From Antedon mediterranea (Eukaryota; Animalia; Echinodermata), in the NCBI RefSeq assembly GCF_964355755.1, contig NC_092676.1, forward strand, positions 26,988,871 through 27,052,870: DNA of 64,000 nucleotides, written 5' to 3'. The notes beneath the pieces were generated by a model that worked only from the letters and a program-made list of their open reading frames with translations, was not told where the DNA came from and made no database searches. The position numbers were made by a program, and so were the translations under genes. This document shows, piece by piece, positions 42,531 through 55,224 of the stretch. Within the stretch, counting starts at the first letter, position 1. Every line of letters starts with the position of its first letter.

Positions 42531-43324
42531 AAACTAAATAAACAAATTAAGTTAATGTAATTTGGAATAAAAGACAAATTATTGTTTTAAAAAAAATCAA
42601 TGTACGACATGATCTCTAGCAAAATAAGCAAAAAATTAAAGAGGCAAAACGTAAATACGCAATGAAAATGAATAATGTGGCTTAAATTAAAGAAAAAGTT
42701 GATTGAAAAGCTGAAAAAAAATTTAAAAAATACTAAATGTACCAAGAATGATACATTTACACTCAAGTTGAGGGATTGATGGCACAGATACAAACATCAT
42801 AATGTGACCACCTTACTACATAGATCATAATGCATAACGATCAATCACTATTATTTCTAAAACAGTTGTTCATTGTCCGCAGACAGACGGAACAATAAGT
42901 CTTGGGGGAGGACTTATAAAAAAAAATCGGTAAAAACATGCTTTTCATGTTAAACCAACTGTAAATAATTTGTATTGAATTGTCATTCTTATACATTGGC
43001 CACAATAACATACAATGTCTGTATCATAGAACATGTAAACTGATATGAGATTGATTGCAGAAGTTTGGAGCATTTTTTTTTGTGTGTGATAATTTGATGT
43101 GTATATCGGCAGGAACATTAGTACAGTATGAAGAGGGACTTTGTGTCTTAACACCTGTCTATGTACATGAAATAACATCGATAATGTATATAAAAATAGT
43201 TGTTTTTTTAGATTGTACAGTTTATGTGTATGTTATAATATGAAAGTTGAAGTTTACTATTTAGATTTTGTTGTTGATATATTTTCATCTCTTGTTTCTA
43301 AGCTTATATTTGTTTTATGTTGCA

Positions 43325-43402
43325 GAGGCTCTTCAAGACTAATGCTGTGGCTTGTGAGGAACCTCCAAGTGAAATATTGAATTTTTAAAAAATAAAATAA
43401 AA
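43325..43402 (+). mobile_element. Probable LINE (CR1/L2-type) 3' end relic
   Basis: Stem-loop gagg-ctcttcaag...cttgtgaggaa-cctc followed by aaataaaataaaa, preceded by a T-rich UTR-like tract. Confidence 0.4.
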
Positions 43403-45236
43403 GTTTGGTGTCAAGTGAAATTAATGATAGACCTGATGATACTTAAATGAAAACTATTAACAGCAACAATGATAATAATGAACTTTGAAACTAAAGTAAT
43501 TAGTTTATATAAGTACAATTAAATACATTAAATAAATTATAGATAAAAACATTACTTTTAACAGAAGGAAATGAAATTTTCTATTGCAGTTCATTTTCTT
43601 AATGCAACATTTTGATACAAATCATAGTTGCAAAACAAAATATATTTAAAAAAAACCTTTTTATTTATTAAAATAAATAGATTATAAATGTTGGCCAAAA
43701 AAAAAGGTTGGAAAGAAAGCATACAGTTGTGATAAATAAATTCCTACGTAAAATAATGAAAGTATCAGCAAAGCTAATGTGTATATATTGCCTAAGTATC
43801 TAGCCTATGATGCGCTCCCATTACGCTAATGAAATCCACATATGTAAAACAATATTGCACATAAAAAGGTGACAGAAAAGAAAGATTTAGCTAAACACAT
43901 GTGCAAAAATTACAGCATGTTCCGAGGATTTAGGCATTACTAATACTGGCGGGAATACTCGCTTTCGGCATAATTATAGCATTTTGGCATAGTCAACCAA
44001 CGTATGAAATATTGCTTCAAAAAATGTAATAGCTCCCTCTATAGTTTAATATTGAATGAAATGTACGTTGTTTTACTATGAATTGGACTATACACAAAAT
44101 ATAATAAAAAATATACATATAATAACACTTAAATGGTCATTGTAAATAGTAAAATCTTATATTGTTATCTTAAGAAGCAAAATTTAAAAAAATGAAATTT
44201 ATAAATTTGAAATTTATTAAATTGGATGATTCATTTTGGAAAACCATTCAAATTTTAGATACGAGACATAACCAGTTTCGTAAAACAGTTTGAGTGGATC
44301 CCTAAATTTCCTAGCGACATAATATCAAACATAGCTTTTCAAATTGGGTTAAATCGTATCAGGTTATTTTTGTTGAGTTCATTCAGGCGAAAAAACAAAT
44401 TTGAATTGGTATAATAAAAAAAAATGGGTAATAGAGTTAAACGAAACTTATGCAGGGATGGATCCAGGATTATTTTAAATAAGGGAGTGCGAAAAATCTG
44501 TAAAAACAAGTTCTAATTTTATTTATTTTTAATTGATATACCAGTAACCAATAACGATGAAATATAACTATAATAAAAGTACTCATCTTAATAATATAAC
44601 ATATAGATTAGGATACAATAATTTGCCTAACCCAAATAAGTACAAGAAGTTAAAATACCCGGAAATGAACTCTTAATCAGATATTGTCCTATATTATATA
44701 GATATACAGAATATATGATAGTCTAGACTAAATAAACATCTGCTTTAACAAAATATTTGTAGAACTATTTTTGCCTATATATCCTAACTTTATCATTCAT
44801 TTTGTTTACAAACCATATTTATAGGTTATAAAGAGTATGTTGAATTTGTCACGTAAAATTCAATTACAGGGAGGGAGAAACAGGATGCGTTTTAAGGGGA
44901 AATGGTGCTGATGCCCACTTAAATATTGGTTTAACATTACTTAACCGGTTTAAGAGGTAATAACATTATTGTTTCTATAAATAAAATCAAATTTGTTATA
45001 GATCTCAGATCATAAATCAATGATCAATATTTGTCAGTAAGCACTAAAATCCGGTTCAATTAAAAAGGGCATTGTTGGTAAAGGTTTATATAGGCATGTG
45101 TAACTGTGAACAGACAACAATTGGAGAAACTTCTGACTACCTATCTTTCCGCAAATTGAATGGGAATATAAATGTAACATTTTACAGAACTATAAATAAC
45201 AACAAAGCGTTCACTTAATAGTGGTATTCCCTAAAT

Positions 45237-45290
45237 AGGGATTGACCATAGGGATTGACCACAGAGACTGACCATGGGGATTGACCATAG
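45237..45290. repeat. 13-bp tandem repeat, 4 copies
   Basis: agggattgaccat-like units. Confidence 0.75.
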
Positions 45291-46084
45291 TGTTGAAACA
45301 TATGTTCACTTCATAGAAAAGTTCTACTGTTAATAGCAATATAGACAATTTCATGTTTTAAATTCATCAAAATTAAAACAACTTTAAAAAGATATTAATA
45401 TGTTTGAATAATATATATTTTCAATTTACAAAAAAAACAGATTTTTTCATATTAAAAGGGAAAAAAAAAGCCTTTTCTGGACTAAAGTACCTGCAAGATA
45501 GTCAAAAAATGTTATATATTATATTATATGTTATATAAATATTTATGATTTTTAATTCATCTACAATTTTATTTTGTTAATCGAGACTAATTATTCATAA
45601 TAAATTCATGCTGTAGCGTGGAGTTTATTAACATTCAAAATCTCTGAAAATGTAAATGTGATCAAGAAACTAGTTTTAAAGGAATTAGAACATGTCGAAT
45701 TGGGTTCTATCTAGGAAGACCTGTCACCGTGGAAGATGAATATGCTATTAAAATAAGTGCGAAACCTTGTAAATGCGCAGTATTGTGTTGTGTGAGTGTT
45801 TTAGCCTTCATCACCTACCTCATCTATCTTGTCCCCTATCTAGACTATTCATCAGTCTGAATAGGCAGCTGGTGATAAAATGATGGGGGTGTGTATGGAG
45901 GTGTGTGTACTAACCGGAGGTACGTTAGAAAGACGCAATTTTTTATGTATTTTAATCGTTGAGACACCTGTTTTAACTTTCATCTTTTACTGTTTAAGAA
46001 CTCAGTGGCAGAACCGGGATTTCAAAACATAAAATATTAATATTCTATCAAAGTAGATATCAAAAATAGTCCATAATTTCATTT

Positions 46085-46210
46085 TAGCTGTCAAAAGGGG
46101 TGCATGCAACCTTACCGCAACCCCCACTGTTCCTTGTGCAGCTTGTTCTAGCTGTCAAAAAGTGTGCATGCAGCAATACCGCAACCTCCCTGTTCCTTGT
46201 AAAGCTTGTT
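46085..46210. repeat. Tandem duplication, period ~64 bp
   Basis: tagctgtcaaaa...gtgcatgca....taccgcaacc.cc.ctgttccttgt...gcttgtt, twice. Confidence 0.75.
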
Positions 46211-48886
46211 AAAACAATCTATTTGCATTATAGGTATAGTGAATTCGCACTGAAAGTGATAAAGGATAACATATGCAAAAGAGAAGTAATTACTGGCGTT
46301 ATTAGGAACAAATTTCAGCGCCATTAATCATGTGCGAAGGAATTTGTCTTGTAGGATAACAAACCATTTACGCCGTTGCAATTGTCATTTTTCATTCTAA
46401 TTCTGCGATCTGTTCGTTTTTCTCGATAATCACTGTTATCATTTCTAAAATCGTATTTATTAAGAAAATAGTAAATCATCTGGATACAATGACTACAATA
46501 TAATCGAAAAGTATTCTTTTTAAGAAAAGAATGAAATATGATTTAATATCTTATTGAGAAATATATTATCTGAATAAATGTTGGGAAATGTTATCGTTTT
46601 TAACAAGTTGTAATCTGATCAGTAATAAAGATTCTAGATTAGTATTTCACAGTCCTAAAAAGAAAAAAAATGTATTTGTAATAAAGTTCTAAATATTATA
46701 AGTAGATGCATATAATCTGTATAAATACAGTATATCAGGAAAAAAAAAAATGTGTTACTTTATGGTGTTTTATTACACAACAAATTTGTTTTGTATGCTA
46801 GCAGGACTCACACTCATAATTTGAATAAAATATTATGAAGTAACCAAGTTTTATTTTTATTTCTGGTATATATCTAGCTTTACTAATGGTATCAAGCACT
46901 ATAACCAGACAATCTAGTTATCTCTTACTTATACAGTATAACATGTGTGAGTGTGTATATATGTTTAGTATTATTGTCATGTTATTCTCTAATATTAATA
47001 ATGCCAAGTTGTAGATGAACTTTGATTCTCATTTGTTGTCAATAAATGAAATCAATTAATTTACTCTTAATTAATATCCTATGCCTATTGCCTACTGTAT
47101 GTCCCTATATTTCAGCATATGTCTATCCAAACCTTTGAAAATAAAATATTTATTGCATGTTCTAAAAACCTTTGTACAAATACTTTAAATCGTCAAAGAA
47201 TGCAACCATCAATTCAACAGTTTAACCAGGTTTAACTCGCGTCCCTACAAAACAATCAAAAATAGTATTTTTTTTTTTTTCTTTTCATAAATTTATCAAC
47301 GTGCGTAACCTTATCATCTAGAAAGTCTACTAGAGTTTACTAAACTTTGAACAGGCTGCTGATTGGACTACTGTGTTTTATTTTAATATTTTACGAGGAT
47401 AATTAACCGACAAAAGTTTTATTTATTTTTAAAAATTGCTGGCTGGTATGGACAATTTAAATGTGATAGTATTGAACTGCAATATGATGTCACAAACTAC
47501 CAGTAGTTTATGTAGTAGTATTTTTCAAATAACTTAGGAAAGATGGGATTGACATTAACATTAAACTTTATCTTGGCATTACATACAATCATTTATAACT
47601 TAAATTTAGTTTTAACAATCAATAATTAACCTAAGAAATATTTACAATTTTATGTTAGTTTATGAACCTAAAACTGTATAATTTAGTTTAATTTTCAACA
47701 TTTTGATTTTCACTAATATTTTTAATGAACAATATTTAATTTATGTAAATATTAAAAATTTTAAAATTTTATTTCATGTTTTTATAGTCATTCAAGAATT
47801 AATATTGTAATTGTTTTTAGCAATTCATTTTGGTATAATAACAAGTCTTATCTTCAGTTGACTAGTAGTTAAAATCTGACTTAAGCCCGAGTTTAAAGTC
47901 ACGTTGAGTTTGAAGTCACCGATAAAGTAAGACGTTGTGTTGATGTTTTTATTATCTCTATTTTTTAAATACACTTACTATAATCAATGGTGCAAATCGG
48001 CAGAATACTGACATACAATTATGACATCACATTCATTTTTCCCATCACTTTCAGACGGATATCATATTACATACAGTCATGTTACTGATCAACAATGTAA
48101 AAGATCGATAAAATGTTAGGATCTAAAAATACTGATGATGTCAAATGATTATGAAAATGGTGATAATGATGATGATTATTATAATGATTAGATTGAAAAC
48201 AATGATAATAACAATGATAAGAACCACTACTATCAATGATGATAATATACGAAGGGAAAGAAGGAGAAGTATCCTACAATCAATGAAAAATTACAAACTG
48301 TATATCTATTCGAAACCCTATTAAGGGACACCACCAACAAATTGACTTCTTAATAGGTGTCTCCCTTGAATAGGGGTTGTAATGTTAAAACATATATTTT
48401 CCCTTATTTACAGTATTTCATTAAAAAGTGACCTCTAAAAAGAAAGGGTTGTAACATACTACTAATATATAATCTTTGATTGACAATGTCTGATCACTCA
48501 ATCATGACCATCCTGATATTTGGGTATCACCGTATCAGGAAACTGGACTTATATCCAGTGTCATCATAGTTGCCAGACTGTTACCTAATAAGTAGGTCAT
48601 ACCTGTCTAATGATATCAATAATTTCCAATTAGTAAAATGATTTGATATATTTGGTCCTCTTATTGAAATTCTAGATTTATATCATAGGCTATATATTTT
48701 TAAGACTATGCCTACAGTATATACAGACATGGTGTTCGTTTTAAATTCTATAAAAGACTTTTTCTCTCAAACACCAACTTCACACCCTCCACTAGTCACC
48801 ATGAGACGTTGCTTACTATCCAAGTATTTTTAACAGTTCATTCCTTCAGAAAGCAAAACTGTATGCATGAACTTATCTATAGATTA

Positions 48887-49010
48887 AGCTCTGTCAACAC
48901 TATCAAACTAGTTTGACAAAAAATATGGTAGTGATATGACATCATCATGTCCATAAATGGGCACATCACATTTGTTTTGTCCCATAAAGTTTGATAGTGT
49001 AGACAAAGCT
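48887..49010. mobile_element. MITE family A, short form, TTA target duplication
   Basis: TTA|agctctgtcaacactatcaaact ... agtttgatagtgtagacaaagct|TTA; one internal unit. Confidence 0.85.
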
Positions 49011-49361
49011 TTAGTATATTTTCATTTCAACATCTGTAAATAAAAATATACTGCTAACAACCAACTTGGAAAACTGGGCTTACAAAGTTTTTAAAACTTA
49101 CTATTTAAATCTAGGCCTGCATTCCAATCAGGGTAGCCGTCATCTTGTGTTGGTGGGTCCGGTAGGCCCGAAAGCTTCAGGAACCCTTCATATTCAGGCT
49201 AGAAAACAATACAAAGTTAATATATTCATTATTTTATAAATTCATAATATAAAGTCATAGGAGGAAAAAAATAAAGCTGTCTACTATCTTAATGAACATA
49301 CTAAAAAAAATATAAAAAGAGAGAGATATGTCAAGATTTCAGAAGACATTATCCTGCCTAA

Positions 49362-49588
49362 AGCTCTGTCTACATTACCAAACTAGTTTGATGTACCCAA
49401 ATATGGTAGTTATATGCTCAAATATGGTAGTGATATGCTTAAATGTGGTAGTGACTGGACCATTTTGGAAAGCAGTACTGCATTACAGAAAATGCAATCC
49501 AGTCAAAAGAAAGAAAGAATAAATAAATAAATAAATAAATAAATATGACATCATCATGTCCATATATGGGCATAGTGTAGACAAAGCT
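49362..49588. mobile_element. MITE family A carrying a nested retro-insertion
   Basis: Both TIR ends present (right one internally deleted); interrupted at gtagtga|tatgacatc by 49455-49543. Confidence 0.8.
49455..49543 (+). mobile_element. Truncated LINE/SINE 3' end
   Basis: Stem gactgga...tccagtc followed by an (AAAG)(AAAT)n tail; absent from all other family A copies. Confidence 0.65.
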
Positions 49589-50617
49589 TTACTTTCTTAT
49601 TCATATATTACACTTTACTATTTTATTCTATATTAACTCTTCTCTTTCTCACACAAAACAAACTTCTAACTATTTAATACATCATGTCATGTATTCACGA
49701 TTATCATAATTTCTTCAGAAATTCTGACGATTTACAATGGGTATTCTCAAAACTGTTACCATGGAAATTCAATATTTAAAAACAGGTGTTTCTGAGAATG
49801 CTATTACATAATCTCATGGGTCCTAAGCACCATCTTGCTTATGACTTCAAGCAATCATTTTTTCCTTAGAATTAATTTTCCCCAAAACTCCACTGAAATC
49901 CGTGCAACTAAAGTATAAAAACGCATCAAGATCATTGTAGTAAAATCTGTTGGATCATTCCATTAAAGACTATCTTGGAAATTCGATAGAAAATTAGAAA
50001 TCATAATCCTAAACGATAACTTGTCATACAAAATCCAATAAATATGATTTCTGCTGTTTACAAAAAACGGTTTGTATATACCACAATAACAGCATTACAT
50101 CATCCAATCAAAGGGTACTTAATTAGTCTAATTTAACCTGTTTCTGCTTCTAAGAAACCTTCTAACAAACTATTCAACCAGTTATTTGGCCATAGAATTT
50201 AGCAATCAAGATGTAGCCAGGATATTTACAGGGAAAAAGGTCAAAGTGCAAGTGTATGGACCAAAAGGGAAAAGTAGAATAAAGAAAAGTTGTTTTAGGC
50301 CTAGCCTATTAGTAGATGAAGTTGCCAAAGAAATTTCATGAGCTAGGCCTATTTACTTACGCGCTTTTTAGTTTGAAAAGGGCACTTTAGGAAAAAGGAA
50401 CCTTACAAACTCCTCTGGTTACGGCTTTTTTAAATCAATTTCTTCTTTTTTTTTGTCTTGTGTGAGTTCATCTCATGTTTATTTAAATTCTCATTGGTAA
50501 ATATATCATATACATATAAGTACATTTGTGACAAAAGGAGGTGTTTAAAGTAGTTAAAATACAGGTATATTTACATAATAAGATGCTTTTAGATCAATTT
50601 CTTGTAAATCAACTTAC

Positions 50618-50805
50618 ATATTGTTTAGCCGTAGACTTGTGTGCTGTCGTAACTTTCTGTATAATTTCCAACGTATCTTTATCTATTTGTATCTCCTCTG
50701 ATTGGTCGGGTGAACCAGTGTCCTTCTCGTCTTCGTAAACGTATAACTGAATATCTGCGAATTCTGTTTCTTTCTGTTTGTTAGGTATTCTGCCGATTCG
50801 TACAG
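50618..50805 (-). CDS. Nuclear receptor hinge (T/A box) and helix 1 exon
   Basis: Acceptor tttcttttcatag|, donor TAT|gtaagt; 188 bp, phase 1 to 0; (A)VRIGRIPNKQKETEF...TLEIIQKVTTAHKSTAKQY. Resembles the NR1 'AVRFGRIPKREK' box, with the same intron position after the DBD. Assignment to the same gene is inferred from strand and order. Confidence 0.85.
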
Positions 50806-51934
50806 CTATGAAAAGAAACATGGAAATATAATTTTTTTATTTTATACGCATCTAACAGCGAGCACAAACTCAACAATTACAGGATGGATAAACTATTTTG
50901 TAATTTACCATGCTTATAAACTAAGTCTCGATTAAAGTAAGTAGATTAAAAAAAATTACTTTTAATATACAGTGGTAAAAAATTGCACTGATGGATACTG
51001 AAATTAAATTTGAAAACTTAGTTTCTGCTGTGTGGTATCATTTTGGTCCTCTTCCTATGTACAAAATCAATAGAAAAAACAAAAAAGTACACATAGAAAA
51101 AACGTGTTCAGTGCCATGGACTTTTGGTACAAGTCTGTGGCCACTGAAAAATGCAAGATCTGGTTGATAAAAAGGAGGGAGCAAGGAAGAGAAAAAACTA
51201 GGTGCGAGTCTTATTTCCTCTTCAATTTGATTAGCTTTTCCCTTTAGTAAAATATTAAAATAACACTTGACAACTACAATGATTCAAGCTAAAAGAGTGA
51301 ATGACCTCTTCCTTCCCCCTCCTTGACTTTGATTACCCCAATTGACACACAAACAATTGGGTCAAACAATCAAAACAAAAACTGAACTTTGGCTATCCCA
51401 CCCCTTGTAAATTCAGACGATTAAAAAAAGAAATGGGCCAAAAATTGGGTTACCACAATAATGAAATAAATGGGGTAGTCAACTAATGACTAATGAACTA
51501 CTTGCTAACGAGCTGATAGATAATTAATAATAAGGATAGATTTCAATATTACCTGAAGGGCAGTGAACTCAAAAATGGACTGATCAATAGTATAATTATA
51601 GTAACATTGAAGCTACAGTATGTATTCCCAATGTCAAGGAATATATTAGTGTATATTGCCAGTAATAGAACCTCTATTGAGGGGACACTTGGGACTTGAC
51701 TTGTCCCATAGAGATGGCCAATTAATAGGGTTGGCTGCAAACAATTCGTTTCACAGAAAGTGTTTCTTTAATATGGATTTAACTGTAGTGTTAAAACATT
51801 TATTGCCCTTTCTTTGTTTTATGGGGAAAGTGTCCTGTAGTTAAGATGTCCCCTTAATAGGGGTGTCCCAATAGGGCATTTCCAACCAGGGTCTAAGTAT
51901 TTATATATATGAATATATATATTAAATTTTTTTT

Positions 51935-52002
51935 AAAAGAAGCAAAAAGCTAAATCAAAACGATAAAGTAAAACAGCCCTATAGCCCTTAATCAGTGCAA
52001 GT
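51935..52002 (-). mobile_element. Deleted, inverted third copy of the hammerhead repeat
   Basis: Minus strand reads acttgcactgattaagggcta-tag-ggctgttttactttatcgttttgatttagcttttt; core mutated and GAAA/cleavage segment missing. Confidence 0.75.
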
Positions 52003-53830
52003 CTTAATTATAATATATGTATATATGATTGATTCGTCCCAAATATATTTATTCTCTAGTCAAGATATTATCTTTAAAATGTTTATACAATCAATCTTAA
52101 TAAATTTTTATTTACATATATAACTTTAGTTATTTTAATCCTATTTTATTTCTGTCATAAAATAGTACTATTTTAACAACAATTTTTAAAACATTGATAA
52201 TTAAAGAACTTGTATTTTTCCGTTTTAGTTAAATATTATATTCGTTTGTTTGAAATGTAATAAAAATCGTTCAAGCCTAAAATTAGTTATGGTTGTTGAA
52301 AAGGCTAAGTCCACGGGGACGAACGACAAAGGGTACCTCTTACTAAATTATTAAAGCAAATACTTAAATAATAAATTGAATGTAAATGGTCGATATGAAA
52401 ATTTTATAATGAAATCAAGAATCTGCAAAAAAAAACTCTTTTTCTTAAAACAAATGATAATAAATGATACTTGACTTGACTTGATATGGTACAAAAATAA
52501 CAAACAGCGCCCTCTGTGTATATACCAAAAATGGCGTGTCGGGAAATTGTTCATCTTTACAACAATACAATACGACTTGAAGCATAACCGTCACACCCAT
52601 GTTCCAATTTATTGTATAGCGCACGAGTTTCATGGTCGCGACTCCTCAATTTATATCGTAATTCCAACAATTTTGGAGCCCGACTCAAAAAATTAACCAC
52701 AAATATGATCAGAGAACCAGTACATTTTTTCTTTCTCAAATTTATGTATTATAGAAATAAGCGTAGTGCTTTTTGGTAGTAGGGTGCGGGGTGAAGGATA
52801 GGTCAATGCACACTACAAGGGTCACAATTGGCTCATCATTCATCATGGGGTCATACATGATGACCTTGACTACCATGATTGGTTGTAATAAGCAAGGGGT
52901 TGTAAATATATGAACTACAAGACTTGACTCATTTTACACAGCTAACTCAATATATTGTTTATTATGGTAATTATTTCATACATGCAATAAAAATAACAAA
53001 TATGAAATAATGGACTGGAAATAAACTCTGAATTTGTCTAGCAGCAAAGCTTAAAATCTCTGTGAATTTACCAAAACTGATATTTGTCTATATACATTTT
53101 AAATGAAAGTGAATCCTTAGTACAACACAAGTTGGTTAGAGTTAACATTATGCACGAATGCCATTTTACTTTAATAATTAGGTCATAAATCAGCTTTTTA
53201 ACTATTTTTTTTTCATTCTCTGGTAATTGATATGATTAGTGATTTTACAATCCATTTAATTTGTGTTATGTAAATTACTTATTTTCTAAAACCTCATATT
53301 TACAAGTTGCTGTGAAGTGCCTTCATAATATTTGATTACTTATAGTATTTTGTTTGTATTTTCTTTGCCTTGCTTTTGTATTGTCAATCATTAAAGATTT
53401 CACAATCTTAAGTAAAATCTATTTAATTTAAAAGATAATTCCTATGAAATTAATAAGTAAACAAGATTACAAACTAAACAGCTAATAATAATATAGGTCA
53501 AATCTTACAAAAAGCAATGTATTATTAAACACTTAATATATAGCAAAAGTCACACAAATCAACAGTGTTTAACTGGATAAAGTTTAAAAAAGTGAGCATT
53601 TCTGAAAAGAATAAATTTATTTGAGTATCCCCATGAATTTATCCGTTAACGGCATCCTCTGTAATACAGTGCCACATATGTATCACATGTGACACCTGTA
53701 TCATGTTATGGTTAGGTCAGGCTCATGGACTATGTTACTGTACTAAAGAATTTTCCTATAGATACTAGACAAATTATGGATACAATACTGAGAATCTAAC
53801 CCTAGGTGTAAATTTGGATTGGGCTTAGTA

Positions 53831-54014
53831 GAGTCTGCAGCTCAACCTCCAAGACCGTACAGCTCGTTGCTCAGGGGAGTCTGCAGCCCAACCTCCAAGA
53901 CTGTACAGCTCGTTGCTCAGGGGAGTCTGCAGCCCAACCTCCAAGACTGTACAGCTCGTTGCTCAGGGGAGTCTGCAGCCCAACCTCCAAGACTGTACAG
54001 CTCGTTGCTCAGGG
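53831..54014. repeat. GC-rich 46-bp minisatellite, 4 copies
   Basis: GAGTCTGCAGCCCAACCTCCAAGACTGTACAGCTCGTTGCTCAGGG; first copy has 2 differences. Confidence 0.97.
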
Positions 54015-54739
54015 AAGAGAATTTGAAGAAGGCTAATGTCAGTCTAACATCGCACAAAGAAATTTCCATTCAAATACTCTTTGCAAACATTGACAAGCAT
54101 TTGTTTAAAAACCCAAATATACATTTATCTAGATGACATTTTGATATGTTTAAAAAAATCAAGTTCATCTCAAATGATCAGTTTAAATTACATAATCTTT
54201 CATAAATTCTATCTTGTTTGAAATTCAAGCTTGGGTACTGGTCGTCAGTTTACGCAAAAATATTGACAATGTTTTTGAATGACAGAGAATTACCAGGATT
54301 TAAGTGAAAGTATAATAAGAAATGGATGAGATTCACCTTAAAATGTCTCATCAAATTCAGGGCATAAAAGCATACAAAAAGATGAAAAAAAGTTAAACAT
54401 ATATCAAAATAGGTTGACACTTGGCTTAAATATTAAGTCCAAAAAATGCTTCAAGCAAAATATGAAATAAAAATAGAGATACTATTGTTATGCTTGACAG
54501 AACAAAGGAATTGTTAGGGTATCAATTATAACAATAGATTTTATTGTCAATCTATGTCACTTAACATTCATTAAATATATTTTCTATGAAATTTGAAAAC
54601 TTATTTTAAAGTCATTTATTCTTTGAATTGATGTGATGAAATAAAAAATATACTTATAAATATATTTTATCAAGATGGTATAATTACTTTAAATGACGGA
54701 GTAGTATAGAGCAGTTTCCCAGTAAGTTTAATTATAACT

Positions 54740-55224
54740 TATTGGCTAATTATATTTTTAAAATGTGCAGTACATCTGTGTATAATATATATGGAAAATT
54801 AATTTACCAATAATTTTTAAACCATATTAAAAAGTCAAATTATATATTAATTACAATTATTAAAATTTAATTATATAATAAACTATATAACCATATGTCA
54901 GAAAATGATTTTGCAAAAAACTTTTTTTTATAGAAAAAAGATGATAAAGGCAAGATACGATTTATTAAATAACATAACTTTACATTATTAGAACGTATTG
55001 GCTAATTATATACAAAAAAATTGCAGTACATCTGTGTATTGTATATATATGGGAAAATTAATTTACCAAAAATTTTTAAATCATATTAAATTATATATTA
55101 ATTACATTATTGAAATTTAATTATATAATAAACTATAACCATATGTCAGAAAGTGATTTTGTAAAACTTATTTTTTTTAAATTAAAGATGATAAAGGCAG
55201 GCAGGATGCGATTTATTAAATAAC
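54740..55224. repeat. Tandem duplication, period ~256 bp
   Basis: tattggctaattata...gcagtacatctgtgtat...ccatatgtcagaaa...gatttattaaataac, twice, diverged. Confidence 0.85.

Noticed and set aside
49150-49190. GGCCCGAAAGCTTCAG resembling the 3' half of a hammerhead
   Set aside because: No upstream CTGANGA box.
53831-54014. CRISPR-like array (also considered for 40003-40170 and 57260-57812)
   Set aside because: Head-to-tail repeats without unique spacers, no cas genes, eukaryotic context.
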